From a bacterium (GTDB lineage: Bacteria; Hinthialibacterota; Hinthialibacteria; Hinthialibacterales; Hinthialibacteraceae), in the NCBI GenBank assembly GCA_963662285.2, contig CAXXMV010000004.1, forward strand, positions 32,001 to 96,000: a DNA stretch of 64,000 bases. Direction: 5' to 3'. A program made the translations under genes and the position numbers. Shown piece by piece: positions 21,513 to 31,075 of this stretch (the first letter of the stretch is position 1; each line of letters starts with the position of its first letter). Under the pieces are notes generated by a model, which saw only the letters and a list, made by a program, of their open reading frames with translations, made no database searches and was not told the DNA's origin.

Positions 21513-23173
21513 GAGTGTAAATTTAAAGGGTTTTTCAGCAAATATAACAATAAGTGTAACTTACGAATAGAGAAGCTCCTCCAAAAGAGGCAAAATACAT
21601 AAAACATCACCAAATGTCTAAATGTATTCATCTCCAAGGAGGAGCCCAAAATGAAAGCGTATGAGATAGAAAGCAGTATAGCAGAAGGCCGCGAAGAATT
21701 GGAGCATCTCTTCGAGTTTGTCATAAAGAATGCGGAGGAGATGGAAGCCCACGAAATGGAAGAATCGATATTCAAGAAGATCCTCCATATCGGCCGTGCA
21801 GGTTTGAAGGCCTATTTTGCCGAAAAGGGAACGGGGAATGTGGGACAAGAAATCACGCGTGAGGATGGCGTTACGCAAAAGAAGGAATCGGGTTTGCGTT
21901 CGCGAACATACACATCCATATTTGGCGAGGTCGCAGTGCCCCGGACATGTTACCGGACCGCTGGAGAGCCTGGGATTTTCCCGTTGGATGAGCAAGTCAA
22001 TTTTCCGGACCGGCGTTATTCGTATTACTTGCAAGAATGGATGAATCTGCTGAGTATAGATCATCCGTTTGAAGAAGGAGCGAAACGTCTGAGCCGTTTT
22101 TTGGGGATCTCCTTGGTGGAGAGTGTCATGGTGTCGGTGGCTCGGGAGAGCACAGGAGATTACGATGCGTATTACGGGCAAAAGACGCCTCCGGCCCCAA
22201 AGGAGGAAGGGGAGATTCATGTAGTGTCCTTTGATGGAAAAGGAGTGCCGATGATCAAATCGGAAGCGGCCAAAATCCAGGCGAAGTTGGGGAAAGGGGA
22301 GAAAAGACAGAAGAAAAAGGAAGCCCTGGTGGGGGTGAGTTACACGATGGACAGGAAGGAGCGGACGGCGGAGGATTTAGCGGAGAAATTGGTTAATCCG
22401 GGAAGGAATCGAGACCGCCAGCCTCAAAAGGAAACCGATGAGAACGAGCCGAAAGGACGGAACATCCGCCGGATGGCCAGCGTGAAGCGCGCCAAAGCGG
22501 ACATCATGAAAGAGATCAAGAAAGATGCCGAACAGCGGAATCCAGACGGGAGTAAACCGCTGGCGGTGTTATTGGACGGGGCGTTGGGATTATGGAATCT
22601 GGCTACCGGCCTGTTTCGTGGCTGGAAAGGTCAAGTGACGTATATTCTGGATATCATTCACGTTCGGGATTATTTGTGGGGTGCGGCCAATGCGCTTCAC
22701 GAGGAAGGAAGCGAATCGGGGCGCACGTGGGTGCAGGAGAGATTGGAGCAAATCTTGAAGGGAGGCGCCGGGTATGTGATAGGAGGCTTGAAGCAAACGA
22801 TCACCAAACGGGGATTGAAAGGAAATAAGCGCCAAGCGTTAGAAAAAGCAATCACCTATTTTGAACGTCATAAAAAGTGGATGCGATACGATGAATATTT
22901 AGCGATGGGAATGCCGGTGGCGACAGGAGTCGTGGAATCGGCCTGCAGTTCCGTGGTCAAGAAACGGATGGAAGGCGAGGGGAAACGCTGGAGCGTGGAT
23001 GGCGCTGAATCGATCTTACTTTTGCGCTCCTTAGAAAAAAGCAATGATTACAATACCTATTGGTCTTTTCATGCTGAACAAGAGCGAAAACGGTTATACG
23101 AAAATCGCTTTAAGTATGCAATAAATATTCCTTTAGCCGATGCGGCATGATACAACGCAAAAAAGTTACACTC
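21513..23173 (+). mobile_element. ISKra4-family insertion sequence, apparently intact
   Basis: Terminal inverted repeats GAGTGTAA[A/C]TTT; 9-bp direct repeat ATATTATTT at 21504-21512 and 23174-23182. Confidence 0.9.
21651..23150 (+). CDS. ISKra4-family DDE transposase
   Basis: SIFGEV, SFDGKGVPM, LLDGA, LDIIHV, ATGVVESAC, GKRWS motifs. Confidence 0.92.
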   Translation: MKAYEIESSIAEGREELEHLFEFVIKNAEEMEAHEMEESIFKKILHIGRAGLKAYFAEKGTGNVGQEITREDGVTQKKESGLRSRTYTSIFGEVAVPRTCYRTAGEPGIFPLDEQVNFPDRRYSYYLQEWMNLLSIDHPFEEGAKRLSRFLGISLVESVMVSVARESTGDYDAYYGQKTPPAPKEEGEIHVVSFDGKGVPMIKSEAAKIQAKLGKGEKRQKKKEALVGVSYTMDRKERTAEDLAEKLVNPGRNRDRQPQKETDENEPKGRNIRRMASVKRAKADIMKEIKKDAEQRNPDGSKPLAVLLDGALGLWNLATGLFRGWKGQVTYILDIIHVRDYLWGAANALHEEGSESGRTWVQERLEQILKGGAGYVIGGLKQTITKRGLKGNKRQALEKAITYFERHKKWMRYDEYLAMGMPVATGVVESACSSVVKKRMEGEGKRWSVDGAESILLLRSLEKSNDYNTYWSFHAEQERKRLYENRFKYAINIPLADAA

Positions 23174-23327
23174 ATATTATTTTGACTTAGTAATACCAAA
23201 TACTGCGATCAAACATTCCTCTCCCAAGACTGGGAGAGGTTAGGAGAGGGTTGATACAAACCACTTCTTCAAGGTAATTGAATACTTAGTAGAAATATAT
23301 GGAATGCGTTGGTAGTTAGAAAACTGG

Positions 23328-24374
23328 TTAAACTTCTTCTTCCGGAGCGAATTCCGGTTTTTTAGGGGTTGGAGTCGCTTGAGCTGATTCTTTTGATTTC
23401 AACTGGCATTCGCGGAATGAGTTTTTCACGTTATCGACCAGGTCTTCGTCAATAGCAATATTGGCCAGCGATAATGCATACAAGGCGGCGCCTACAACCG
23501 CATCCAGTTTGGGAGCGATCACGTTGGCGCCGGGAATGAAATAGTGGATTTTGCGCCGCAGCATTTGGGAGAAATATGAGGTATCGCAGAAAAGCCCTCC
23601 ACTGAGCACCACGTCAGCCCGTTCCGGGAACGATAAACGCTTATGCAATGCGTCGACGCATTTGGCTAAACCATCCGCCTGTCGGTTCAGAATCTCTTCG
23701 GCCAGGGGATCATCTTCGTTGGCGGCTTGTATTACGATTGGAGCAATGGCTGCGATGCGTTCGCGGGTGGCGGAGCTGGAATTGACCCAGCTGATAAAAT
23801 CACCGATGCGCTCAACGCCGGCATAATTGAAAACCTCATCATGGAAATCAGGCTTTTCTTCCATACCGTCGTGATAACGGACTATCATCTTTAAGGCTTC
23901 CAGTCCGATGTGATAACCGCTGCCCTCGTCGGATAGCAGTGGACCGTAGCCGCCGACGCGGCCTTCCATATTTTCTTCGTTGCGTCCATAGACCATAGAA
24001 CCGGTGCCGGCCAGCACAATTATCCCGATTTCGGATAGCGTCCCACCCACCAGCGCGATTTGGGCGTCGCCCATCAGCAGGTAGGATTCCTTGCCGAACA
24101 GATCGTTGAATATTGGTTGCAGGATATCGCGGTCTTGTTGTTGACCGGCGCCCGCCAGACCCAGGCAGACGCCTTTGCACTCTTCCGGCCGGGCGTGAGC
24201 TATACTTAATGCATCATTAAAAAGGCGTTTTATAGTGGATGAAACCTGTCCGGCGCCGATATCGTGATAGTTCAACGACGGTCCTTTGCCGACGTAGACG
24301 ACTTTGCCTTTGTCGGTCATAAGAATGGCGCGGCTATGCGTTCCACCTCCATCAATTCCAAAAACGTAGGGCAT
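23328..24374 (-). CDS. BadF/BadG-type sugar kinase (N-acetylglucosamine/MurNAc kinase-like)
   Basis: GIDGGGT, AGTGS, GGYGPLLSDEGSGY; start placed at MPYVFG. Confidence 0.88.
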   Translation of the reverse strand: MPYVFGIDGGGTHSRAILMTDKGKVVYVGKGPSLNYHDIGAGQVSSTIKRLFNDALSIAHARPEECKGVCLGLAGAGQQQDRDILQPIFNDLFGKESYLLMGDAQIALVGGTLSEIGIIVLAGTGSMVYGRNEENMEGRVGGYGPLLSDEGSGYHIGLEALKMIVRYHDGMEEKPDFHDEVFNYAGVERIGDFISWVNSSSATRERIAAIAPIVIQAANEDDPLAEEILNRQADGLAKCVDALHKRLSFPERADVVLSGGLFCDTSYFSQMLRRKIHYFIPGANVIAPKLDAVVGAALYALSLANIAIDEDLVDNVKNSFRECQLKSKESAQATPTPKKPEFAPEEEV

Positions 24375-24427
24375 AATATTACCTGGATACAATAACATGA
24401 GCGATTTTGAAAACCGCCCTGGTCTAC

Positions 24428-24841
24428 TTATTTTTGTTCGCGAAGTTTTTTATTCGATGTTTGCAATAGTTGGACTTGCAGTTTTAAATCATTCAACTTT
24501 GCTTCATAATCCTCGCGCAGTTGATCCATCTCTTTTTTATGGTCCGCCCGCAGTTGTTTTATTTCATTATCGTATTTTTGGATAATATTAGAAATTACCG
24601 CACCATCTGACTGCGCAGATTGATTTGCTCTGGTCGGCAGTGGTTTGGGCGTTGGCGTCGATAGAGTAATTATAGATAGATCAAGCCCTTTATCGGTAAG
24701 CGGGCCGACTCCACCCTTGGTCATTATCCACCCTACAATCAACAGAGCAACGACGCTGACCAATCCTAAAGTAAATAGAACGTTTCCCCCGTTGGGGGCG
24801 TCGCGATAATTACTACTCTTTTTTTGGGTCCGCTGGCTCAT
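24428..24841 (-). CDS. Hypothetical single-TM protein with C-terminal coiled coil
   Basis: TM helix at residues ~20-40, heptad-rich C-terminus; overlaps the upstream PEGA gene. Confidence 0.7.
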   Translation of the reverse strand: MSQRTQKKSSNYRDAPNGGNVLFTLGLVSVVALLIVGWIMTKGGVGPLTDKGLDLSIITLSTPTPKPLPTRANQSAQSDGAVISNIIQKYDNEIKQLRADHKKEMDQLREDYEAKLNDLKLQVQLLQTSNKKLREQK

Positions 24842-25190
24842 CCTGATGCGCCTCCAAATCCGATGATGGCTCCTTGGTCAAATCAAATGTAAATGAATGC
24901 CGGTCCGTGACATTTGCGGGGATGACGGTAGTCACGAAATCGAAAGGAAACACCAGATAAGCGGGTGAATCTAGATCAATAAATGCTTCCCGCCTGCCGT
25001 AGTCTGGATGATCAAGGGTAAGTTTATGGGCGCCCAGGTAATCGACTTCAAATTCAACCGGGGTGATCCCTTTGGGCTGGTAGTCATAATGCACCGTCGC
25101 CCCGGGGGGGTTGCTTTCCACCCGAACAACCGACGTATAGCATCCCTCAACCAGTAAGACCAAAATTAAAACCAGGAAATGATGTACCAT
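24813..25190 (-). CDS. PEGA-domain lipoprotein
   Basis: Lipobox VEGC; VESNPPGATV...GITP. Confidence 0.8.
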   Translation of the reverse strand: MVHHFLVLILVLLVEGCYTSVVRVESNPPGATVHYDYQPKGITPVEFEVDYLGAHKLTLDHPDYGRREAFIDLDSPAYLVFPFDFVTTVIPANVTDRHSFTFDLTKEPSSDLEAHQDEPADPKKE

Positions 25191-25408
25191 TCAAATCGTC
25201 TCCGTCGCATTTCGTCTCCATTACAGCCGAGAGGTGAGCGAATGTCAATGGATTTTCTTGACTAAATGACATTTATCCATATTTTTCAGTTACTTCAAGA
25301 TAATAATGATAAACTCGATTAAAAGCCAGAGGTTGATCCAAACAATCTTCAAATCAATAGTAATTGGGTGGTTTTGCGGGAGTGGTTTTGAGATACGTGG
25401 ATGATCGC

Positions 25409-25640
25409 ATCAAGGGCTGAGCGCTTTGCGCTCTTGCCCTTGGCGCCCGTCTTTGTGTGGTGGATTTTTATTATATTCGGGTAGTTGTTATCAACCCTCA
25501 CCTAACCTCTCCCAATCTTGGAAGAGGGATGTTGCCCCCATCGTAGGGTGGAATCATCATCGGGCAACCATGAAGGATTGCCCCTACGGGATTCGGGATA
25601 TCCCCCATCGCGTAGGGTGGGTCGGCCGTATCGACCCACC
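25409..25640. repeat. Composite REP cluster (families D, C, B, A) downstream of the NLR-like gene
   Basis: D 25409-25448, C 25489-25528, B 25561-25588, A 25611-25640. Confidence 0.8.
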
Positions 25641-25684
25641 GAAAAACCACCCAATCGAAACAAAAACCCCTCACCCCAAAGTAA

Positions 25685-28369
25685 TCAATCCCCGCGTTTT
25701 TGGTGGATGGCTTGGGCTTTGGCTTCGTACTCCCGCGCTTCGTCTTCACGTCCGGTTTCTTGTAAGAATATGGCGTAATTCTCGTAATCCATTGCTAAAT
25801 CAGGATGATCATCTGGTAAGGCTTTCTCATCAATCTCAATGGCCCGTAAATAAAGCGGTTCGGCCTGCTCATATTTGCCTTGTGCGCGATAGAGTCCCGC
25901 CAAGTTGTTGAGGTCAGTAGCCAGCCCTGGATGATCTTTACCTAAGGCTTTTTCATCAATCGCAATGGCCCGTAAATAAAGCGGTTCGGCCTGCTCATAT
26001 TTGCCTTGGGCGAGATAGAGATTCGCCAAGTTGTTGAGCTGAGTAGCGAGTTGTGGATGATCGTCATCCAAGGCTTTCTTATCAATCTCAATGGCCCGTA
26101 AATAAAGCGGTTCGGCCTGCTCATATTTGCCTTGGGCGCGATAGAGTCCCGCCAAGTTGTTGAGGCGTATTGCAAGATTGGGATGCTCTGGACCAAGCGT
26201 CTTCTCTCCAATCTCAATGGCCCGTAAATAAAGTGGTTCGGCCTGCTCATATTTGCCTTGTGCGCGATAGAGTCCCGCCAAGTTGTTGAGGTGAGTAGCG
26301 AGTTGCGGATGATCGTCATCCAAGGCTTTCTTATCAATCTCAATGGCTTGTTTATAAAGCGGTTCGGCCTGCTCATATTTGCCTTGGGAGTAATAGAGTA
26401 ACGCCAAGTTGTTGAGGTCAATAGCCAGCCCTGGATGATCTTTTCCTAAGGCTTTTTCATCAATCTCAATGGCCCGTAAATAAAGCGGTTCGGCCTGCTC
26501 ATATTTGCCTTGGTCGCGATAGAGTTCCGCCAAGTTGTTGAGGTATGTTGTAAGATGGGGATGCTCTGGGCCAAGCGTCTTCTCTCCAATCTCAATGGCC
26601 CGTAAATAAAGCGGTTCGGCTTCTGCGTATCGCGCTTGGTCATCCAGATAATATGCGGTTTGGTTGAGCAAATGTGCGGCTTGATTGGACTCAAGGGAAT
26701 ACTCCACTATCCACTTAAACAGGCTCTGGGCGTGGGGGGTGAGGCGTGAGCATTGCGGCCAGTTTTCAAATTCTGGATCAGGATAAACTTTATTCAGCGC
26801 CCTGACGCAATATTCAGCGGTGGCTTTTTGCTTGTCTTTATCCATACCCTGGCGCAGCACCTCTTGCACCAGGCGGTGGATGGAGAAGGTTTTGTTTTTC
26901 GGGTCTCGATCCAACAGAGAAAGGCGGGTTGCGGCGGCGATGCATTTCAGTAATGATTTTTTATCTTGTTGGAGGCCATCGGTGAAAATCTCTTCAGGGA
27001 TATCATCCGGCGCCAGGAAGGCGCACATCTCCAATAACTGAGCCGATTCGGGACTCTTCTTTTGCAACTTATTAAAACAGAGCGAGAAAGTCACCGCCAC
27101 CGAATCGGGATGGGTTGCCTGGGATAGTTCGCCCCGCTGATCGAGGAGGTCTTTGTTCTCTTGGTATTCTTCCAGATAGTCATCCAACCCGTAGGTATTC
27201 TCTTCAATATAAGCCCCCGCCTGATCCAGCGCCAGCGGCAAACCGCCTAAGGTATGGCTGATTGTTTTGGCGAGATTCTGTTGATCATCATCAGCATCCT
27301 GCAGGTTATCCTGTTCAGCGATGATTTTAGAGCGGCGCAAGAGTAGCAAGGCGCCGTCAGCATCATTCATGCAATCCAAAGAGTAATCCTTGAATCTGCC
27401 CGTTGCGTTGCTGCGGGTGGTGATCAATACGCTTCCAGGGCAGGGTGAGGGGATGATTTGCTGGATCGATGTCAGGTCTTCGACATTATCCAGCACCAGC
27501 AGCCAGTTATCGTTTTGCTCTAACCATGATTTTACTTTGAGGAATATCTCCATATCAGAGCCGCTGGCAACTCCCAGTTTGGCGCCGATCAATGCGAAAT
27601 CCTTTAGCAACTCGCCGGGAGTTTCAGACCTCACCCAGAAGACGGCGTTGTAATCATTGCGATTTCTGTAAGCGTATTCGATGGCCGTCTCCGACTTGCC
27701 CACGCCTCCCAGACCTTTGATGGCCTGGGTTATAGCCAGGGAATTGGAGTCTTTGAAACTCTTATGCAAGTTGGTTAGGATATCCTTTCTTCCGGTGAAG
27801 AAGGGGTTGCGTTGGGGGAGGTTTACGGTTAGGGATTGGGGTGTGTTTTCAAAAAGTGGCTTTCGTTCTTTAGGTGGTAAAACTTTGATCTGTTTTGTTT
27901 CAGGTTTTGGCGTTGCAGGTTGATCGGTTAAATGCCGCAATAAATCTTCATATCCTGGTTTATTGGATACGTTATAAAAGGATGAACCATTTAATAACAA
28001 TGGAATAAATTTAATATTATCTTCATCAAAAACAATAGGGATAAATTGATAGTTTTTAGAATGCTGGTTGTATATGCTCTGAGTAATTATTGCGCCTTCA
28101 AAGGCTACGCCGAAACCTTCATCTTCTTTTTCGTCTTCTTGCTCGAAACGATTCATGTATTTTTCAGTGCATACAATTAAAACAAAATCTGAATGCTTTA
28201 TTTGTTTAACCATCCATACCGGCCAACCTTCGGGAGGGGATGTTACATATTTATCAATAAAGCATTCGATCCCATCATCATTGAGTTGATCTGATAGAGA
28301 TAGAACACGTTCTCTATGCTCTTCATTGTCGTGGCTGTAACTAATGAAAACCCGTATAGTTTCGGTCAT
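25685..28369 (-). CDS. SEFIR(TIR-like)-NB-ARC-TPR STAND NTPase (bacterial NLR-like protein)
   Basis: VFISYSHD...GWPVWM (SEFIR); NLPQRNPFFTGR; Walker A GLGGVGKS; Walker B LLVLDN; GGLPLAL; seven 42-aa TPR repeats. Confidence 0.9.
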   Translation of the reverse strand: MTETIRVFISYSHDNEEHRERVLSLSDQLNDDGIECFIDKYVTSPPEGWPVWMVKQIKHSDFVLIVCTEKYMNRFEQEDEKEDEGFGVAFEGAIITQSIYNQHSKNYQFIPIVFDEDNIKFIPLLLNGSSFYNVSNKPGYEDLLRHLTDQPATPKPETKQIKVLPPKERKPLFENTPQSLTVNLPQRNPFFTGRKDILTNLHKSFKDSNSLAITQAIKGLGGVGKSETAIEYAYRNRNDYNAVFWVRSETPGELLKDFALIGAKLGVASGSDMEIFLKVKSWLEQNDNWLLVLDNVEDLTSIQQIIPSPCPGSVLITTRSNATGRFKDYSLDCMNDADGALLLLRRSKIIAEQDNLQDADDDQQNLAKTISHTLGGLPLALDQAGAYIEENTYGLDDYLEEYQENKDLLDQRGELSQATHPDSVAVTFSLCFNKLQKKSPESAQLLEMCAFLAPDDIPEEIFTDGLQQDKKSLLKCIAAATRLSLLDRDPKNKTFSIHRLVQEVLRQGMDKDKQKATAEYCVRALNKVYPDPEFENWPQCSRLTPHAQSLFKWIVEYSLESNQAAHLLNQTAYYLDDQARYAEAEPLYLRAIEIGEKTLGPEHPHLTTYLNNLAELYRDQGKYEQAEPLYLRAIEIDEKALGKDHPGLAIDLNNLALLYYSQGKYEQAEPLYKQAIEIDKKALDDDHPQLATHLNNLAGLYRAQGKYEQAEPLYLRAIEIGEKTLGPEHPNLAIRLNNLAGLYRAQGKYEQAEPLYLRAIEIDKKALDDDHPQLATQLNNLANLYLAQGKYEQAEPLYLRAIAIDEKALGKDHPGLATDLNNLAGLYRAQGKYEQAEPLYLRAIEIDEKALPDDHPDLAMDYENYAIFLQETGREDEAREYEAKAQAIHQKRGD
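25770..26670 (-). repeat. Seven 126-bp tandem coding repeats (42-aa TPR units)
   Basis: g[ct]ggttcggc recurs at 25855, 25981, 26107, 26233, 26359, 26485 and 26611. Confidence 0.93.
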
Positions 28370-28567
28370 GATATATCGCCCCGTGGTGATGGAATCGGCA
28401 TTTTATTTGATCATACAGAACGATATGCGCGAAGTGAAGTGATATGTTTTGATTTGATGGTTTGTTTTTTGTCTGAATCTGGATACCCAGGATTGAAGGA
28501 TGAGCAGGATTTTATGAGATTAGGTGGTTAGGTGTACCGTTAACTCTGCAAGATCGTAAGTGATCTC

Positions 28568-28938
28568 ATCAAGGGTAGAAAATACACTACCCTTGGCGCC
28601 CATGCGTTATCAACCCTCGCCTAGCCTCTCCCAAGCTTGGGAGAGGGATGTTTCCCCCATCGTCGGGTGGATTTTTATCGGGCAACCATAAAGGATTGCC
28701 CCTACGGGATTCGGAAGCTCACATCAACCGCAGGTGGAATCATCATCGGGCAACCATGAAGGATTGCCCCTACTTTTTATTGTAGGTGGATTTTTGGTGG
28801 GTCGATGAGGCCGACCCACCCTACGCGGCGGTGGATTGTTTTCTTTGGTGGCTTGATCAAGGGCTGAAAATACACTGCCCTTGGCGCCTGGAATATCAAC
28901 ATCCGGCTGGACGCAAGGGGGTTTTGTCCTTGGCGCCC
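28568..28938. repeat. Composite REP cluster (D, C, B, B, A, D, D) upstream of the NLR-like gene
   Basis: D 28568, C 28608, B 28679 and 28747, A 28796 (inverted), D 28856 and 28914. Confidence 0.8.
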
Positions 28939-28962
28939 AGCCTGTGACTATTAATTGTCGCC

Positions 28963-30759
28963 TTAATAAATCGCCCAATCGTTGACATCCATGTCAGAAG
29001 AGACGAATGGTCCGGCGTTGAAATTCTGTGATACTTCTTCCTCAGTTAGCGCTCTGCTGTATACAGCCACTAAATGGAACTGACCCAACCAGGCGCGTTC
29101 TGATGCGATTTCGTTGCCCAGACCAAATTTATAGGTATCGTCCCAGGTCGTAAAATCACCATTTACGAACTCGGTTGGAGAACTGCCTTCGAGGAGAATT
29201 TCCTGCCATACATTGTTGATATAGGCCGCCGCCATCCATTCGATTTCGCGCGTGAAGACGATGTGGGTCAATGCTTCGGTCAAAGTTCCCCGGTGGGTGT
29301 TGACCGAGACTACCTGGTTTGGATTAGATACATCCATCATGGCGCGGTATCGCATTTCAAAGCGGTCGCCTCCTGCGCTGTAGCGCCCTTGTCCCATAGT
29401 GAAATTCCGGTCTACAGAATCAATAGAACAGGTAATGATCCGGGCTGTGCCATTCTGGGTCAGGTCGGAAGTCTTGATCCAGGCTTCCACGGTAATCTCG
29501 TTCGACTCACGGCACGCTTCGATAATCTTGGTCGCTGTACCGGGGCTTTCAATGTGGTTGACGCCAGTGGTTTCCAGGTATCCGTTTTCCCAGACGGCCC
29601 GTGTTTCGTCCGCGATAATCAAATCGAGTGGTTCGCCGACTTCGGATACGTCATGAACCACGTTGCCGTTTCCTTCATCGAAGGTGTATAAAACCAACAA
29701 GCCGTCTGTGACCCGGTCGCCTCCGGTGATGTCCAGGAGTGGGATGGTTTTGGGTCCGAGAATATTGACGCTTTCCACGCAGACGCCGCTCCATAGGGCC
29801 AGATCGGCTGGTTCGGCGGGTGACGAGACCTGGTAAGTCAGGGTTGTTTCGCCGATGGGTAAATTGGAAAGATTCCAGGAAATAAGCGATCCGTTGGCTG
29901 TTCCGTTGTTGCTGATGTTGGAAATGGTCCAACCATCGGGAACAGTCTCTTGGATTGTGGCGGTCGAGCGATCGCTCCCGGCAACGAATACCTTGATGGT
30001 TACGTCGATTGAGTCGCCTTTTTTAAATGATTGTTGTGAAAGTATGCGTTGAGCCACAGGCGGCGGCGATACGAATTCGACATGGGTTGCTTCGACTTCG
30101 CCAATTTCTTCGTCATTGGCGCCACTGCCGACCGCGATGCCGAAGGCTGCTGTATCGGATGACCATTGTATGACCCGGTTATCAGCGATGAACCATTGTT
30201 CGCCGTCCGGTGAAAATTCGCCGAAGAAGACGTCGACAGGTTCGATACGCGTTACTCTGAACCAAAGGCCTTCGCCAGTGTCTTCGATGGGATTTCCTTC
30301 TGAATCGAACAGTTGGGTAGAGACGTTGCCGCCTGCGCCAATCCTGGTGCGGAACAGGGCGTTGACTGATTCGCCCACCACTCCACCGAACTGCACCGAG
30401 TAGAAGTTAGATTCTGAGTCAGCGCCGGATTCGCGGATCATCAGTGCGCAGGGTCCCCAGACCGGGTAGAGTTTGGCTTGCAGGGTCCAGCTGCCGGTTT
30501 TTTCGGTATACAGATAGTATCCCTCGTCGCCGAACATATTGTATTCATGCTCGACGCGTCCTCCGTAGGAGCCGTTGCCCAACACCCGGTAGAGGGCGTC
30601 ATCTCCGGCGCCTTCCAAATGCGCTTCACCATCTAAATGAGAGTCGTTTTCATTGATCCAATCCACTGCTTGATCAAACATCCCTACTTGGGCGTGAGCG
30701 GGAAAAGCGTTAAATCCGATAGACAACAAGAGGCTCAAAAAAATTATGGATCGTTTCAC
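28963..30759 (-). CDS. Secreted protein: ConA-like domain, DUF11-like Ig domain, LamG-like domain and C-terminal VxxWxxY motif
   Basis: Signal peptide ending AHA|Q; GLLVLYTFDEG, TVEAWIK, VAVYSRALTEEEVSQNF; ends DVNDWAIY. Confidence 0.82.
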   Translation of the reverse strand: MKRSIIFLSLLLSIGFNAFPAHAQVGMFDQAVDWINENDSHLDGEAHLEGAGDDALYRVLGNGSYGGRVEHEYNMFGDEGYYLYTEKTGSWTLQAKLYPVWGPCALMIRESGADSESNFYSVQFGGVVGESVNALFRTRIGAGGNVSTQLFDSEGNPIEDTGEGLWFRVTRIEPVDVFFGEFSPDGEQWFIADNRVIQWSSDTAAFGIAVGSGANDEEIGEVEATHVEFVSPPPVAQRILSQQSFKKGDSIDVTIKVFVAGSDRSTATIQETVPDGWTISNISNNGTANGSLISWNLSNLPIGETTLTYQVSSPAEPADLALWSGVCVESVNILGPKTIPLLDITGGDRVTDGLLVLYTFDEGNGNVVHDVSEVGEPLDLIIADETRAVWENGYLETTGVNHIESPGTATKIIEACRESNEITVEAWIKTSDLTQNGTARIITCSIDSVDRNFTMGQGRYSAGGDRFEMRYRAMMDVSNPNQVVSVNTHRGTLTEALTHIVFTREIEWMAAAYINNVWQEILLEGSSPTEFVNGDFTTWDDTYKFGLGNEIASERAWLGQFHLVAVYSRALTEEEVSQNFNAGPFVSSDMDVNDWAIY

Positions 30760-31075
30760 TGATCTATCTCCTTCCGTGTTTATTCAAAACATGTTGTATG
30801 AATCTAAAAGTAGAATTTGCTGAATTTATAGTAACGTGGTTCTGAAGAGGAGATAAGATTACATGGTATTTTTTACATGCAATGAGTAAAATGTTTTATC
30901 ATGAAGTTAAGGATTGAGGAAGTTGAATTTTGTCTGGTAGTATCACCAGTTTTTTTTTGTCAGGGGGGGGGGCTGTAATTACCCCTCACCCTAGCCCTCT
31001 CCCTGTGGGGAGAGGGGACTTGGTTGTTCGATATAATGAGTTGGTCAGAATAATATTACCAGATGAATACTATTA

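Noticed and set aside
25409-25640. Repeat clusters as a CRISPR array
   Set aside because: The units are different hairpin families with irregular spacing; there is no constant repeat with unique spacers and no cas genes in the window
25426-25911. ORFs 25426-25911, 25498-25749, 28724-28978 and 36365-36646
   Set aside because: Spurious frames running through REP clusters
25770-26670. TPR variability as a diversity-generating retroelement target
   Set aside because: No reverse transcriptase or template repeat in the window; differences are not confined to adenines; the pattern fits repeat recombination
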